Positions 60,399-64,000 of a stretch of 64,000 nucleotides of DNA are shown here, one piece after another. The stretch is from Bispira polyomma (lineage: Eukaryota): positions 18,600,001 to 18,664,000 of the forward strand of contig OZ287754.1 in the NCBI GenBank assembly GCA_965649765.1. The letters run 5' to 3'. Every line of letters begins with the position of its first letter. Position 1 is the first letter of the stretch. The notes under the pieces were generated by a model, which was not told the origin of the DNA, did no database searches, and saw only the letters and a list, made by a program, of their open reading frames with translations. Position numbers and translations under genes: made by a program.

Positions 60399-62219
60399 TT
60401 AAATAGACCAATCTATTTCTAACATGGTGGCTTGCACCTTAAGCCATTTGGGATTTGGTAATAATTCTGATAATTTATTGTCACTATCAGTGGTCAAGTG
60501 CCATCTTGAAAGCAGGTCAGCCACCGTGTTTAGTCTGCCTAATATATGTATGGTTTTGAGGCTTATGTCGACGGATGCCACCTCCATAAATATGTTTCTG
60601 GCAATTGCTGCCAAAGTGAGATCTTTAGTTTTACCCGAATTCAGGACTGTAACTACTGCTGCATTATCACACTGCAGTATTAGTCTTTTGCCTGCCCAGG
60701 TGGATTTCCATAGTCTGATAGCTACTAGGATATTTAACATTTCGAGATGGACTATGGTCATATTTAGGTATCCTAAGGGAATGGAATACTCATAGGCTTC
60801 ATTATTACAACGACCCCCCATCCCTTGGAGGCAAGCGTTCAGTTGAATACAGTCAGTAGTGGGATCATGGTCGTAAAAGGCCTTTCTATTAAATTTAGGG
60901 AGAAATTTTGTGAATTAGTTTAGGTCTTGATGGAATTCAGGTGAGAGACTGCTTTTTTGGTTAGCACCTATTGACCTTAGCACATCAACCATGCGATTTA
61001 AAAATACTCGTGAAACTCTTACACATTTTGAAACATAGAGAAGTTTTCCCAGAAGTGATTGCAATTCTCGTTTTGAACATACGTTCTTATTTTGCCAGTC
61101 TTGAACAAGGGCACTGATGTCTTTTAGTTTTTTCATCAGGGAGGGAGACCGTTAAATCTACTGTATTGACTAGCACTCCCAAACATACTACTTCAGTACT
61201 AAGGTGGACGACCTTTTTCTGGCTCAGCACGAAACCTAACTCTCGGAGCAGACTGTGCAATATATCAAATGAGCGTTTGCTTTCTGTGACGTCACCATAG
61301 CTGATTACGTCGTTGATATAGTTTGTGGCGTCACAACCTTGGTTTCTCATTATGTACCTGACGGCGTTGCTTAAGCGCTGAAATATTGCACTTCCGGGTT
61401 TAAAACCGAATGGGAGACACGAGTCTATGTAATACTTGTCTAATTTAAGTCCCAAAAGATTATAGTCAGCCGGGTCCATCTTTACGTGACAGAACGCGTG
61501 GCCGACGTCAATTTTATATGAGGATGTACCTCGACCTAGACGGGCAATTTTGTTGGTAATGGTATCAATAGTTGGGAGAGTCAGTACGAAAGGAGTATCT
61601 AGGTATTTGTCCTTAGCAACTGCTGAATTAACGGATTCCCCGTGTGGAAAACTTAATTATGAAACATCTATGCCCCCCCCCCCCCCCCAGGTTTCTCCCT
61701 GGTCATAAAGGGGGAGATATGGAGACCTTTAATAGGAATTTGCTCAAAGGGGCCTAACATAGCACCGAACTGCGTTTCTTCATCCAAATAGGCTTTAACG
61801 TCACCCGGATACTGAATCGCTGACTGATGGTTTGTCTTTGTATGTGAGAGTTTGCTGTCTCGCTAAAAGTCAAGCGGGAAACCATATCTTATTAAAAGGG
61901 GCAACTGTTTGTCCCAATAGTCACCGAGATACTTCTGCCAAACATCAGGGTTCAATTCTGATTTAATTTGTATCTGAGGACCCATAAAATTTGCGCACTG
62001 TTGCTCTTTAAGACGACTGTGTAATTCTAATAACGTAACGTCTGACTTTACTTGCTTGTCCATATCGGGAAGCCGGAGTTTACCAAGCGGTATGAAACCA
62101 TACTTGTCACTGGCCAGGCTATTATCAACGGAATCATTGTCCTGCAAGGGTGTGAATTTATTGTTTATGGGGACTACCCAATTTCCCTCAACTAGGGGGC
62201 CACTTTGCACCCTGTTCAA
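60399..62219 (-). pseudogene. RT-RNase H of element 3
   Basis: YGFPLDF, CLPFG, YIND, LQSLLGKL, HLEMLN, LQCDN; multiple lesions. Confidence 0.9.
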
Positions 62220-62372
62220 CTTGTCACCTGAATTCCCTTTATTCTCTTTTACAACATGACCCCTGTGAGGGGGGAGGACACACTGGTTAAACCAAGGGAT
62301 TTGTTTTTGACTTCCCAGCGAGTGACATTGGTTGAATTATTTTCACCTGTTTGCTTCCAGCTCCCTTTGTTT

Positions 62373-62617
62373 TGAATTTGAATTTGGATATTTAACGTCC
62401 ACTCTAGTACCTTTTAGTAGGTTATATTGGGACGGGTAGTTGGAAACGCTGGAGGAAACACTGCATACAGTCGGTCAAGGAAACCAGCCGCCCACAGTAA
62501 GGAACTACCACCTTTCCCACATAGGCATCGATGGGATTCAAACTCACGCTGCCCAGAGGTGAGAGACCAGTGATTGTGAAGCGCAATGCTTGCTAACCAC
62601 TAGGCCACCGCGGCCCC
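62373..62617 (-). mobile_element. Young tRNA-headed SINE inside element 3
   Basis: Perfect 17-bp TSD tccagctccctttgttt (62356-62372 and 62618-62634). Confidence 0.92.
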
Positions 62618-62860
62618 TCCAGCTCCCTTTGTTTCTAATTTTAAAAACAGCAGGACTGTGAAAGACTTTGGGGTTTTCTGCCCCAGACACAGTAATTGCT
62701 GCACCTGAAATATTTTCATCAACTCCACACAATACAACATTTGACTTCTGATAATTGGTACACATTTCTGTCACATTTTTCATACTGTTACTTACAATAT
62801 TTTTCATGATATTAGAGCCTTTAACTACATTTTATTGCTGCTTTAGAGGATACAGGAGTG

Positions 62861-62895
62861 GGCACTGCAAGAATGCAGTGCCTTACTCGTTTTTT
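62861..62895 (-). promoter_or_regulatory. Putative -1 frameshift signal (element 3)
   Basis: A AAA AAC gag taa, then perfect hairpin ggcactgca-ttct-tgcagtgcc. Confidence 0.7.
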
Positions 62896-63660
62896 ACAGG
62901 ATTTTTTCGACAATCCTTGGCAGGGTGTGGGACAGATTTGCCAGTCTTGTAGCATTCACTGCAGATATGGCTGTAGGTTATACCCCTAGTCTCGTGCTCA
63001 CCTTTGTGAGGGCATGTACCCTTTTGGTAACATCTGCAGGGAACAGATCTCTCATGATTTCTCTTGGGATTTGTGCTACTATTTTGAGATTGTGTTGTGA
63101 TCTTTTGGGCATGTGCCCTCCTGATCCTATCTATTTTATGTGAATCCCTCCATGATACTTTCCCTTCTGCCATCCTACACAACAATACAGCATGGCTGCC
63201 CTTAGCGGAGGCCCAAGAGAAATCATGTGAGTCCTCCATAATATCTGCTAGATATTCTAACATGGTTTTTTTGGCAAAACCAGCTACCCATTGTGACATT
63301 GACAGAGAGTCATACGATACTCTGGATTTATTTTGACCCCCCAATATATAGCTCTGAGGCCAAAACACCTTATTTTTGAGCCATACTGTCTCAGTGCCTC
63401 CCCATTGGGACTTGCACGTACCTGCTTCTTTATCTGTACTAGTTTTTTAAGGTGAGAGTCCACGGCAGTCTACAGGGAGTGGGAGGTCCTCAACGTCTGG
63501 AGTGTGGGCACCAGGAGTTCATCGAGCTGGGCAGTGGCAGTCATCTGGACAGGATTCTCCAACCTCGCAGTTGTGGGTTGGGCTCTATGCTCCCCGTGAT
63601 CGACCCTCTGCTCGACTTTAGACATATGATTACTTAGGGCTTTCAGTTCGGCAAGTGTCC
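62883..63660 (-). pseudogene. gag/ORF1 of element 3, 5'-truncated
   Basis: WPQSYILGG, SWASAKGSHAVLLC, DRIRRAHAQ, CRCYQKGTC..HICSEC..HPAKDC. Confidence 0.88.
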
Positions 63661-64000
63661 AAAACTAGTTTGTTCTTTTTGTTTATCGATAGTGCATATA
63701 AAATGACAAAAACATAAGAAGCATCAGAAATTGTACATTCTACAAGCAATAATCGACCTTCCTTGTCTCTGACAGTATTAACTACATCAACACTTAACTG
63801 TTTTGACATCAGAATAGCAACTCCCCTACAATTTGACTGCCCATGTGAAAATACAATTCTACTATCCCATTCCTCTATCCAATTTGTCTCGACTGAAGAT
63901 ACTGAATGTGTTTCCTGGAGGAAAAAGATGCCAGTATCTTTGGCTTTCAACCATGTAAAGATTACCTGTCTTTTCTTTTTATTAGCTAGGCCGCTTACAT
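63661..64000 (-). mobile_element. L1/Tx1 ORF2 endonuclease (APE) N-terminal fragment
   Basis: VSGLANKRKR..FFLQETHS..W..FSHG..RGVAIL..DKEGRLL..LYA. Confidence 0.9.

Larger units (their letters stand above)
53209..63660 (-). mobile_element. Tyrosine-recombinase retrotransposon 3 (53209-54509 plus 60201-63660), 5'-truncated and split by element 2
   Basis: gag 62883-63660, RT/RH 60399-62219, YR 60390-60201 continuing in frame at 54509-53706. Confidence 0.9.

Overview
AT-rich animal genomic DNA (intron-containing, probably a marine invertebrate; host not identifiable here). The host content is a tandem array of a six-exon gene for a secreted ~194-aa, 26-Cys protein (signal peptide, two NYCGGC-type Cys modules, a Lys-rich PLAC/ShK-like tail). 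There are three copies (5426-8859 without exon 1, 21976-33326, 36408-46710), plus extra broken promoter/exon-1 modules and traces of a second, dead gene. Mobile DNA fills the rest: a degraded Polinton/adintovirus (1-4980) split by an L1/Tx1 LINE, an Academ transposon (17330-20862), a TatD-bearing LTR-retrotransposon fragment, a Harbinger, more L1/Tx1 pieces, SINEs and MITEs, and three divergent tyrosine-recombinase (Ngaro/DIRS-like) retrotransposons, one nested in another. The most notable result is that all three YR elements share an apparent retrovirus-like expression plan. It consists of an A-AAA-AAC plus hairpin -1 frameshift into pol and a phase-1 intron that joins the gag N-terminus to the recombinase. 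They also share arrays of TTAAGGTnACCTTAA palindromes in the 3' region. The two elements with both junctions mapped insert at a shared GT and show no long terminal repeats. All calls come from manual reading and translation; no database searches were run.
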